From a virus, in IMG/VR virus record IMGVR_UViG_3300009503_000020, positions 56,718 to 120,717 of that record: DNA of 64,000 nt. One strand, given 5' to 3'. Every line of letters begins with the position of its first letter. Within the stretch, counting starts at the first letter, position 1. The translations under genes and the position numbers were made by a program. This document shows positions 56,152-64,000 of this stretch, in pieces. Under the pieces are notes generated by a model that was not told the origin of the DNA, did no database searches, and saw only the letters and a list, made by a program, of their open reading frames with translations.

Positions 56152-57321
56152 CTAAGCTATCTTATTTAAGCCTTTATTGGTCAAATCTTTGAGGAGAGGA
56201 AGCCATTTTGAAGTAACTATTTTATTCCAATCAAAAGACTGAGCAAACTGTATAGAAGCTTGTGAATAAGTCTCTCTTAATTCTTTATTAAAGTAAGCTT
56301 CTTCTATCTTCTTAGTTAGATCTTCTCTGTCAACTCGTTGGCATTTCCAACCTCTAGGAGTAAAAACAGTTTCACCCATCTTGACTAACCAACCATGTCC
56401 TTTTACAATCTCTGGTAATGCTGAAGAGTCCGAAGCTATAACAGGAACACCACAAGCTTGAGCTTCAAGAACTGGTAGACAGAAACCTTCACGTCTTGAA
56501 GCATTGACTAAGACATCAAAACAAGAGTACAACTTTGCCATTTCAAGATCAGGAAGACCAACCATCTGAGGAAGGTGCTCAGGAAATATCACATGCTTTT
56601 CAAGATTAAGCTTCTTGGCTACTTCAACTAAGTTATATCCTCTAGAATCAGAAGGTTTAGTGTAAGCAAATATCATCCATTTCTTAGATTCACTAGGAAA
56701 CTCTTCTTTAAACTTAGAGAATGCAAGGAACATGTCATCCCATCCTTTCCTCGGTTCAGGATCACTATTAGCAGCCACTATGCCAAAGAAGAATTTATCT
56801 TGCTTGAGGTTGAAGAGTTTCCTACTTTCCTCTTTCGGATATGGTTTAAAGGCTTGCAAGTCTACTCCATGTGGTATTACTGCAGTAGGTTCTCTCTTTG
56901 CTAATTTTCGGTAGACTCTAGCTCCAAACTCAGAGCAAGGTACAAAGTAAGAAAAGGATTTCATAGTAGTAATGTCTTCAGGAGAATAGTCAAAAGAATC
57001 TACAGGACCATAAAACATTGAGTGTGGAAGAAGAGAGAACCAACGAAATGGCCAGAAGTCTGAGGCTAGAATAGGTAGATCAATATTGAACTTCTTAATA
57101 TAGTGTTCAACAGAGTATCTTCCCCACTCTTCCTCAGCTGTAGGAATCACTCTTACTCCAGAAATTCTAAGAGAAGCTCCTGGATGCAAACCATAGTATG
57201 TTGAAATGACTAGAGGAAACTGCTGGGCTAACCTGAGGGCAATATTTTTGGTTACAACCCCATATCCAGAAGCAACAAAAGGAGCAACTGAATGCCAAAG
57301 AATTCTAAGTTCCTTTACCAT
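56152..57321 (-). CDS. Glycosyltransferase family 4, paralog of 15820..17106
   Basis: RILWHSVAP, SGYG, IPHGVD, RKG, EGFCLPVLEAQACG. Confidence 0.92.
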   Translation of the reverse strand: MVKELRILWHSVAPFVASGYGVVTKNIALRLAQQFPLVISTYYGLHPGASLRISGVRVIPTAEEEWGRYSVEHYIKKFNIDLPILASDFWPFRWFSLLPHSMFYGPVDSFDYSPEDITTMKSFSYFVPCSEFGARVYRKLAKREPTAVIPHGVDLQAFKPYPKEESRKLFNLKQDKFFFGIVAANSDPEPRKGWDDMFLAFSKFKEEFPSESKKWMIFAYTKPSDSRGYNLVEVAKKLNLEKHVIFPEHLPQMVGLPDLEMAKLYSCFDVLVNASRREGFCLPVLEAQACGVPVIASDSSALPEIVKGHGWLVKMGETVFTPRGWKCQRVDREDLTKKIEEAYFNKELRETYSQASIQFAQSFDWNKIVTSKWLPLLKDLTNKGLNKIA

Positions 57322-57464
57322 CTTTCAAGCATCCACCTAAGAGCATCTAGGAATTTCTCCAATTTAGTCTTTTTGTGTTTAGAACTTGCCTGCTTGACAT
57401 GTCCTTCTGAATCATATAGAATAAACTGCACTTCATCTTTTGCCTTAATATCTTCTTTGGACAT
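57315..57464 (-). CDS. 49-aa hypothetical protein (not in ORF track)
   Basis: MSKEDIKAKDEVQFILYDSEG...RW; fills the gap between LonB and GT4 and overlaps the GT4 start. Confidence 0.5.
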   Translation of the reverse strand: MSKEDIKAKDEVQFILYDSEGHVKQASSKHKKTKLEKFLDALRWMLERW

Positions 57465-59843
57465 CTAAATTGACACCGAGGGTTTAGATTTTTTCTCTAC
57501 TTCATGAGTGTAAGCTCGATGAGCCCATCTTGTTCTCCTTAGTTCTTGTTTCTTCTTTTCAATGAATTTCTGCAACTCTTTTCCCTTCTTTCTTCCACAC
57601 TCTTCTGCTAGCACCTCTTTCAAATAGTCATCTAAAGTACTAGCTCCAACTACTTCTATCTTGTAATCAGATTCCTTAATTGAATGCTTGAAGTTCTTCA
57701 TTGGTATAACTACCTTCTTAAAACCCCAAGCTTCAGCAGCCTTAATCTTCTCATGAACTCCTCCTACTGCTGTAATCTCTATCTCATCCTCTGCAGAGAT
57801 GTTGATCTCTCCTGTTACTGCTACATCTTGTCTTATTGGTTTACCTTCCAACAGTGAACAAAGTAACAATGCCATAGTTACTCCTGCAGAAGGACCATCT
57901 ACACTGTATGCTTGGGAGAAATCTATATGAGTAAAATATTCTTGAGCAATATCAACACCATACTTTTGAAGGATAACAGAACGTACCTTCTCAGCAGAGT
58001 CATTAATCCATTTAGCATCTTTAGCTATCCCTGTAACTTTATAGTAACCTTGTTCTTTTGTCTTGGAAGTTTTCTTGACCATTTGAGCTTTTACTCTTAA
58101 GATGCTCCCTGTCATCTCTCCAGAATACTGATCAGTAACAACAGCTAATCCATAGATAGTACCAAGTTTTGTTCCTACTGGTTTAATCTCTAATAGCTTA
58201 CCCTGTTCCTGTACTTGGTGCTCGAGTAACTGCCGTTGGATTGTCTTGCAGTGAACATCTAGAGCTTCTTTTACTTCTTCTACCCCTACAACAGTCTTAC
58301 CTTTATTTTGTGCTAAAGTTCCAGCTGTCTTTATTACAGCTATTAATGGTCTAAACTTACACACCAGAGAGTCACGTTTGTTAGACCTACGCCTTCCTTC
58401 TTCAACTAATTCAATACATGCTTCTCTAGAGAATGGAGGTAAGTGAAATCGCTCGACTTCCTGAGAAATGAACTGCACATATTTTCTTCTATTCTCAATA
58501 GTATTAGGCATGTCATTATTCATTCTAACAACTTTTCCATAGCCATAGATACGATCCATTAAGGCTGGATGAATTTGGCTTATACTGTCAAAGTTTCCTG
58601 CACCCAGTAAGAAAATAACACATGGAATCGGTTCTGTAGATACAGCCATAGCTGCAGTATCTCCTCCATGCCATTGACTTCTTAATGTTACTGGAAGTTG
58701 TCCATCTTCTAGTACTGTTAAAAGAGTTATAGCCTCATCTGGTCTTAAATTCTTTATCTCATCTAAATATAAAATTCCAAGGTTAGCTCTATGAACATCT
58801 CCAGCAGTAACTCGTTGATGCTCTGGAGTACCCAATCCACCTGTTTGATATGGGTCCCATGCTATGCTCCCAAATAATTGTGAAGATGCATGTCCAGTGG
58901 CATCAATAAATTTAGCCTTTCCATCTGAATTATCCACTAACAGTTTAGGAGCATTTGAAGAAGTGGCACCTCCGATGCCTTTCAGATTACTAGTTCCAAG
59001 TAAGTTTTTAAATATAAATAGCATTGCACCCATGGATAGAGATCCAATTCCTAGATATAACAACTGTGAATTAGTAACCAGACTATTTAAGAAGTAACCT
59101 AGAAATCCACCTCTTGCAGCCCAGTATTGATGAAGAGTTAGCAACCCATCTGCTGCTGCTTTCTCAACATCATCAACCATGACACCAAGACCATAATTAG
59201 TGTACATTAGATTTGGCAAAGGATTTATCCAATTATTCACTGAATAACCAAGTATGAATGCAATTATAAGAATTCCAAACCCGATCATTGTTCCTATGAG
59301 AAGTCTAAAGCCCCATTTTCTCCAGAAACTCTTTTTCTGCTCCTTCTTAGTTTCTATATCTACTATCCTTTTTCCCATACCTGATTGATGAATGCTTATC
59401 TTTGGTTCTCCAGGAGTGCTTTTGTTTTTCCACGATAAAACATCATATAGCTTTATGTCGTGTTCCTTGTACAAGTCTGTTAACTTTTCAGCTAGAGCTC
59501 TACCAATTAAAGATTTACCAGTTCCTGGATCTCCAAGCAATAAGAGGTATGGACCAGGAGATAACTTCTTTTTGACGATGGGTTTTACATTTTCTGGTTT
59601 CTCCCAGTCTTTCCACCATTCTTCTTTCTCAAGGTTCTTCAGTTTATTGATCCATTCATCTAAGCATAGATAACATTCTTGCATAGCCTGATCTTGACCA
59701 ATAACCCAGTCTAGAAGTTTGTCTGAAATTGGAAAGTTCTCTGTGGACTGAAAGTTCTCCCAATCCCAGACTTTTCCTCGAACCTCCTGTGTACCTTTTC
59801 CAAAGAAGTCACGCTTGTCTTCCTGACTTGGCATCTTGTTCAC
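57465..59843 (-). CDS. lonB: Archaeal-type membrane-anchored Lon protease
   Basis: Walker A GDPGTGKS, TM insert between the Walker motifs, HRANLGILYLDEI, DRIYGYG, catalytic DGPSAG and K in HEKIKAA; start may be 59834. Confidence 0.92.
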   Translation of the reverse strand: MNKMPSQEDKRDFFGKGTQEVRGKVWDWENFQSTENFPISDKLLDWVIGQDQAMQECYLCLDEWINKLKNLEKEEWWKDWEKPENVKPIVKKKLSPGPYLLLLGDPGTGKSLIGRALAEKLTDLYKEHDIKLYDVLSWKNKSTPGEPKISIHQSGMGKRIVDIETKKEQKKSFWRKWGFRLLIGTMIGFGILIIAFILGYSVNNWINPLPNLMYTNYGLGVMVDDVEKAAADGLLTLHQYWAARGGFLGYFLNSLVTNSQLLYLGIGSLSMGAMLFIFKNLLGTSNLKGIGGATSSNAPKLLVDNSDGKAKFIDATGHASSQLFGSIAWDPYQTGGLGTPEHQRVTAGDVHRANLGILYLDEIKNLRPDEAITLLTVLEDGQLPVTLRSQWHGGDTAAMAVSTEPIPCVIFLLGAGNFDSISQIHPALMDRIYGYGKVVRMNNDMPNTIENRRKYVQFISQEVERFHLPPFSREACIELVEEGRRRSNKRDSLVCKFRPLIAVIKTAGTLAQNKGKTVVGVEEVKEALDVHCKTIQRQLLEHQVQEQGKLLEIKPVGTKLGTIYGLAVVTDQYSGEMTGSILRVKAQMVKKTSKTKEQGYYKVTGIAKDAKWINDSAEKVRSVILQKYGVDIAQEYFTHIDFSQAYSVDGPSAGVTMALLLCSLLEGKPIRQDVAVTGEINISAEDEIEITAVGGVHEKIKAAEAWGFKKVVIPMKNFKHSIKESDYKIEVVGASTLDDYLKEVLAEECGRKKGKELQKFIEKKKQELRRTRWAHRAYTHEVEKKSKPSVSI

Positions 59844-61188
59844 TGTTCTTTATCTCTTTTTCCTTTTGAAGTCTAATGACACATATGTTACAGAAGGTAG
59901 CAAGTTTATCAAGAGGAATCGCTTCTTCTTGTCTTACTGGGCATTTTCCTAAACCAAAGATGCACTCATCACGGTCTTCTTTAACTGTCTTCTTCTTTTT
60001 CTTGAGTGGAAAGCCTTCAGCAGCTCTCAATGCATTCTCTAGCTCATCAGTACGAGTTATAAGTCCATGTTTAGCATATGCAGAGAGTCTTCTTAGTTTA
60101 AGGTTCTGAAGTTCTGGAGAGTATTCAGAAAACGTCATTGATGGCCTAGTTTTGAATCCTGCCTCTTTATAGTATGGGAATAAGAGTTGTTCTTCAAGCT
60201 GCCTCTTTAGTTCCTCTTGAAAAACTATAATAGTCTTCTCAAAGTCTAGTTCCTCTACTGTCCTTCCTCCAAGTCCTTTAGTCTCAACTCCAAATCCTTT
60301 TGGTATTTCAAATGCAGCCAAGATTTCCATACCTAGCAATTCTAGAAACTCGTGAATACCTCCAATGTCAGTCCTCTTTGCTAATATGTCTGCATCAATC
60401 CACCAAGGCAACACAAGCTCAGTTGCACTCTCAAGATCTGCAAGTATCTTCTTTGCAGCTTTTATCTTCTCAGGAGTAATTTCATGCCAAGGTCCTTCTT
60501 CTGGAGTGCCTACTTTAAATTTAATTAATGGATATCCATGTCTAAAGATAGCTTCACCCAGCGCCTCTTCTAAGTTCAATTTAATCCATGCAGCCTTGAA
60601 AGCAGCTTCAACAGGTGAAATCCCTAAACAGTATTCTCCTAAGGAGAAGAACCTAATGATTAGTACCTCAGAAGGAGCTAGCTTGCGTTCTTCTCCAGCC
60701 CTCTTCCAAACAAATCCAATTACATTTCCTTTGTCATCTAGAGCAATATCTGCTCCTTCTCTTTGGAAGTCAAATTCCTTAGGATCTATTTGAGAAATAG
60801 TAGTCTTACCTCCTTTTCTTACTATCTCAGCTACTCCAAAGCCATAAATGAAAGCATCTTTGACTAAGTGTGGAAGCAGGTTTCTAGTATTAGACTCTTC
60901 AAAGAACCTCAATGCTTTCTCATTCTCCTCATCAGATCCTCCAGTAAAGTATATCTTTGAACCTGTTATTCTCCTTGTAAGCTTATTTATTCCAGAAAAG
61001 ACAAGAGGTTCAAGTCTATATAGCAACTCAGCTCTTTTCATTAAAGTCTCAGAAGGTTCTATTCTCTCAGTAGGTAAAGTCTTTCCTCTCTTGACAAGAG
61101 ACATCAACTGTTCTAATCTATAGTCATGAGTTGGTGGTTTCTTACCAGAGAGAGCCTTTCTAATTACAGCCCATCTACTATCTGACAA
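59809..61188 (-). CDS. Portal protein
   Basis: DAFIYGFGVAEI, IRFF..GEYCLGISPVEAA, GYP.IKFK; directly after TerL. Confidence 0.8.
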   Translation of the reverse strand: MSDSRWAVIRKALSGKKPPTHDYRLEQLMSLVKRGKTLPTERIEPSETLMKRAELLYRLEPLVFSGINKLTRRITGSKIYFTGGSDEENEKALRFFEESNTRNLLPHLVKDAFIYGFGVAEIVRKGGKTTISQIDPKEFDFQREGADIALDDKGNVIGFVWKRAGEERKLAPSEVLIIRFFSLGEYCLGISPVEAAFKAAWIKLNLEEALGEAIFRHGYPLIKFKVGTPEEGPWHEITPEKIKAAKKILADLESATELVLPWWIDADILAKRTDIGGIHEFLELLGMEILAAFEIPKGFGVETKGLGGRTVEELDFEKTIIVFQEELKRQLEEQLLFPYYKEAGFKTRPSMTFSEYSPELQNLKLRRLSAYAKHGLITRTDELENALRAAEGFPLKKKKKTVKEDRDECIFGLGKCPVRQEEAIPLDKLATFCNICVIRLQKEKEIKNSEQDAKSGRQA

Positions 61189-61189
61189 T

Positions 61190-62590
61190 TTATATCCTCC
61201 CTATTTCTTTAAGTCTATTACCTATTTGTCTCTTTCTATCCTCATCTTCAGGAAGGTTGACTGAATGTCTTCCAACTACCTCCTTAAGAACTTCCTCAAG
61301 ATCAAATCTAGAAGTAGAGACCATAGGGTTAGCTTTAACAGCTAGCATGAGAGCATCCACAAAGTCATCATTACGTTTAGAGTCATAAACATAATCTAAC
61401 AATTGACTAATAAGACGTTGCTGAGTCAAAGGATCGAACTTTAACCTATGTTGTTCTATTAGCATCCTTAGATTTGAAAGCATACCAGCTTTCTCTCCTT
61501 TAAATGCTACGGGAGTTACTGGAAGGCCTTCTGCAGCTAGTCTCAAGTTCTCACCTTTGTCTGTTGAGTCAGTAAATATATTAATTACATTGTAACTTAG
61601 ACATATCTCCTTTATCTTTTCATGCACATTCTCAAATTTCTCAGCAAGGAAAGCTTGAGTGTATAGAACCCTCCATATATTCCCGATTTTCTTGACAATT
61701 ACTAAAACTGTAGGGGCGGGGTGGTACCCCCAGTCGCACCCTGCATATACTTCTCCAGTCTGTTTCTTCTCTTCTTCGGTTTCTGCTTCTTGACATGCTT
61801 TGAGGTCTTCAAGCCTAAAGACTTTACCTTCTCTCTTGTATGGTAGACCTTGAATTGCAGAGACATACTCGTTAGATGGAAGTGCAGACTTGAGGAAAGC
61901 TATCTGTTCTGAAGGAAGAAAAGACTCTGCATTCCAGTTGAAGAACTTCCATTCAGGATACTTGTACTGTCCTTGGTGTTCCCACTTGTCTTCTATCCAG
62001 GATGATCCAGTAGAAGGAGTAGTAGAGAATATATGTCTAGCATATGGAGAAGGTGCAGTCATAGGTAAAGCTGCATAGATAATATTATCTTCTACCTCAG
62101 CTGCTTCATCTATAATTAACAAATCAGGATGAAAACCACGGATGCTCTTTGTAGAAGCTGGTAGAGGCATTATAATAGAACCATCTTTGAATACTATTTC
62201 TTGCTGAGTGGGTTCTTTAGCTAGTTGCTTTTGTAGGAAAGAAGAATTGTTAATGAAATCCATTATGTAAGTGAAACATATCTTTGCTTGTTTAAGAGAA
62301 CCAGCCAATATAATCACTTTGAATGGCCTGTTCTCTGTGATAGAGAGAACTAAAACATACCATAGAGCAACAACAGCTAATGCAAGTGTTTTGCCTATGC
62401 CTCTTCCAGCTACTATAACTATATTTTTAGCTTTTAGTTCCTGAACTGCTTCAAAGAATTCTTTTTGGAATGGCCTAGGAGTTAAGCCTGTTACATCTTG
62501 GAAAAATAAAGAGAGATCACGTCTCCAGGCTATAATCTTAAGAAGGAAGTCTGTGAGTTTGAAACCTTTAAACGATGGACTGGTTGCCAT
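61190..62590 (-). CDS. terL: Terminase large subunit
   Basis: AGRGIGKT, IRG...LLIIDEAA, STP, GCDWG, DDFVDA. Confidence 0.93.
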   Translation of the reverse strand: MATSPSFKGFKLTDFLLKIIAWRRDLSLFFQDVTGLTPRPFQKEFFEAVQELKAKNIVIVAGRGIGKTLALAVVALWYVLVLSITENRPFKVIILAGSLKQAKICFTYIMDFINNSSFLQKQLAKEPTQQEIVFKDGSIIMPLPASTKSIRGFHPDLLIIDEAAEVEDNIIYAALPMTAPSPYARHIFSTTPSTGSSWIEDKWEHQGQYKYPEWKFFNWNAESFLPSEQIAFLKSALPSNEYVSAIQGLPYKREGKVFRLEDLKACQEAETEEEKKQTGEVYAGCDWGYHPAPTVLVIVKKIGNIWRVLYTQAFLAEKFENVHEKIKEICLSYNVINIFTDSTDKGENLRLAAEGLPVTPVAFKGEKAGMLSNLRMLIEQHRLKFDPLTQQRLISQLLDYVYDSKRNDDFVDALMLAVKANPMVSTSRFDLEEVLKEVVGRHSVNLPEDEDRKRQIGNRLKEIGRI

Positions 62591-63146
62591 ATTCTTTCTT
62601 CCTCAGATACTCTTCTAAGTTCTGTTTAAACTTTACAGTACAATCTGGACACAAGTCTTTGGAAAACAAGTAAAGCAAGCGAAGAATCTCTGCTTCAGAA
62701 AGAGAAGTGCTTTCAGATAGCTTGGAAGTCAACCTCTCACAAGCTTCTAAAGACTGCCTGTGTTCTCTGTATAAGTCTGTAAGGCTTCTAATTAACACAG
62801 GAGAAATCTTTTGCCCTTGAGTAGCCTGGAGAGTAGTATTCAAAAGTGCTTTGAGACCGTTTAGATTCTCCTTGATCTCTTGAACTATATCTATGACTTC
62901 TTTCTTTGCTTCTTCAACCACTTTAGAGACTGTCTCTTCCTTTTCAATGAGTTCAGCTACAGAAGCAGAATAGTGTCTAGAGAAATGCCTCTCAAATGCC
63001 TTATAAGATATATCCTCTCCTAGAACCTTAGCCTTGTCCTCAAAAGCTTGCCAAGTAGGTCTTGGTTGACTTGCAAGGTACATTTCTTCATAGAGTTTCC
63101 TATTAGGTGAAGTACAGACTTTACAACGAGGCTCAAAGACTGACAT
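62568..63146 (-). CDS. terS: Probable terminase small subunit
   Basis: Immediately upstream of TerL; CKVC...HFSRH Zn/HTH-like N-terminus and a coiled body. Confidence 0.55.
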   Translation of the reverse strand: MSVFEPRCKVCTSPNRKLYEEMYLASQPRPTWQAFEDKAKVLGEDISYKAFERHFSRHYSASVAELIEKEETVSKVVEEAKKEVIDIVQEIKENLNGLKALLNTTLQATQGQKISPVLIRSLTDLYREHRQSLEACERLTSKLSESTSLSEAEILRLLYLFSKDLCPDCTVKFKQNLEEYLRKKEYGNQSIV

Positions 63147-63176
63147 GATCTCTCGATTATACTAACTTTCATTCCC

Positions 63177-63242
63177 CTATTTAAAGTGTCCGATTCTGTC
63201 TACAGTTGTCAGATAATAATCTTTAAGTATTTGTCAAGACAA
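63177..63242. promoter_or_regulatory. Divergent promoter region with phased TGTC boxes
   Basis: - strand TATA at 63177-63186; + strand CTTTAAGTAT at 63221; TGTC ending at 63190, 63200 and 63210; TTGTC-AA-GACAA at 63231-63242. Confidence 0.6.
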
Positions 63243-63262
63243 GAACAGTTTAGGTGAACCTA

Positions 63263-63502
63263 ATGGGTGGAACTCCTAGACAAACATTTAGAATAAGTGA
63301 ACTAGCTTGGACTCAATTCCAGAAGAAATGTGCAGCTAAAGGATACAATGCCTCTGAAGTCTTGAGAGCATTTATTATGGAAGTAATCAAAGGCAACATT
63401 AGTGTAGAGACAGTACATCCCAAGAAGTCTACTAAAGGAGAAACTCTAGCTAATGATGAGATGTTTATGGAGTGGTTGAAGACTAATCAGCATTCTGTAT
63501 AG
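63263..63502 (+). CDS. Ribbon-helix-helix (CopG-like) transcription regulator
   Basis: RQTFRISELAWTQFQKKCAAKGYNASEVLRAFI. Confidence 0.75.
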   Translation: MGGTPRQTFRISELAWTQFQKKCAAKGYNASEVLRAFIMEVIKGNISVETVHPKKSTKGETLANDEMFMEWLKTNQHSV

Positions 63503-63549
63503 ACACTAGGCATTCCTGACACTCTGTTATATAGCCTGATCACATCCTC

Positions 63550-63633
63550 ATTTTCGGATTTTCATAAAAAAATTTCGGAGCCTTTTCGCTCCCAGCCATG
63601 GGCTTTTCCCATGCCTCGAAGTAGCCTCGAAGT
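63550..63633. repeat. Cluster of hairpins and direct repeats
   Basis: GGAGC-CTTTTC-GCTCC (63577-92), CATGGG-CTTTT-CCCATG (63597-613), GCCTCGAAGT x2 (63613, 63624), TTTCGGA x2. Confidence 0.7.
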
Positions 63634-63723
63634 GATTTTGGTTCTGCTCTCAAGGAAATTATCTGAAACCTTTAAGTATCCCACAGATAAGGTTATTTCA
63701 GAAACATGATGGAGGTGAGTGAT

Positions 63724-64000
63724 ATGGAAAGTTCAACCAGAAGTGGAATAGACATTTCATATTACAGTGGAATGCTAAAACGAATAGCCCGTGAGCATCG
63801 AGTAGTAATCCATCCACGAACCAGAGAGTTAATCGGCAGTTGCACTGAAGATTCACATCCTAAAGTAAACCACAAAATACAATCCACAATTAAACTCAAC
63901 GATTGGTTAGTAAACGGCAGAGTTCAACCAGAAAGGACACCCATAAGCTACCCACACGGACATCTTGGCGGATTCCCAACAGTTGCATACCACAGGACAA
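63724..64000 (+). CDS. Hypothetical protein, 3'-truncated by window edge
   Basis: GGAGGTGA RBS, CTTTAAGTAT TATA box at 63670, open to the end of the window (MESSTRSGIDISYY...). Confidence 0.6.
   Translation, partial: MESSTRSGIDISYYSGMLKRIAREHRVVIHPRTRELIGSCTEDSHPKVNHKIQSTIKLNDWLVNGRVQPERTPISYPHGHLGGFPTVAYHRT

Noticed and set aside
1-64000. Integrase, tRNA genes or stop-codon recoding
   Set aside because: No recombinase motif or cloverleaf was found by eye. Long ORFs end normally at TAA, TAG and TGA with dense packing. A tRNAscan run would be needed to exclude tRNAs fully.

Overview
This window is most of the genome of a tailed archaeal virus (Caudoviricetes, HK97-type head, probably non-contractile tail). 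The archaeal host is inferred from TTTAAAT TATA boxes, GGAGG/GGTGA ribosome-binding sites, and PolB, RadB-like, XPF and membrane LonB genes; the host lineage cannot be fixed from sequence alone. The + strand arm (1-23660) carries replication/recombination genes: an MCM-like ATPase, a DHH nuclease with an intein, an SSB-like protein, RadB, XPF, PolB and a degenerate primase-like ORF. It also carries nucleotide-modification genes, a near-complete N-acyl amino-deoxysugar synthesis and glycosyltransferase cluster, and a papain-like protease beside holin-like ORFs. The - strand arm (23662-63146) is the virion module from terminase to tail tip. About 21 kb of unusual cargo lies between portal and prohead protease: LonB, a GT4, adhesin-like proteins, a 1187-aa MBL/ASCH/NTase/ATP-dependent ligase, and a protein with three LigD phosphoesterase-like domains. 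Most notable: (1) the putative virion-associated end-healing/sealing pair; (2) the viosamine/anthrose-like glycosylation pathway; (3) an intein with a nested +1-frame HNH gene that has its own ribosome-binding site; (4) Tyr/Gly/Pro low-complexity repeats in the protease-scaffold; (5) a viral LonB. All family calls come from motif recognition by eye, not database searches. No CRISPR array, tRNA, integrase, reverse transcriptase or tail sheath was seen.
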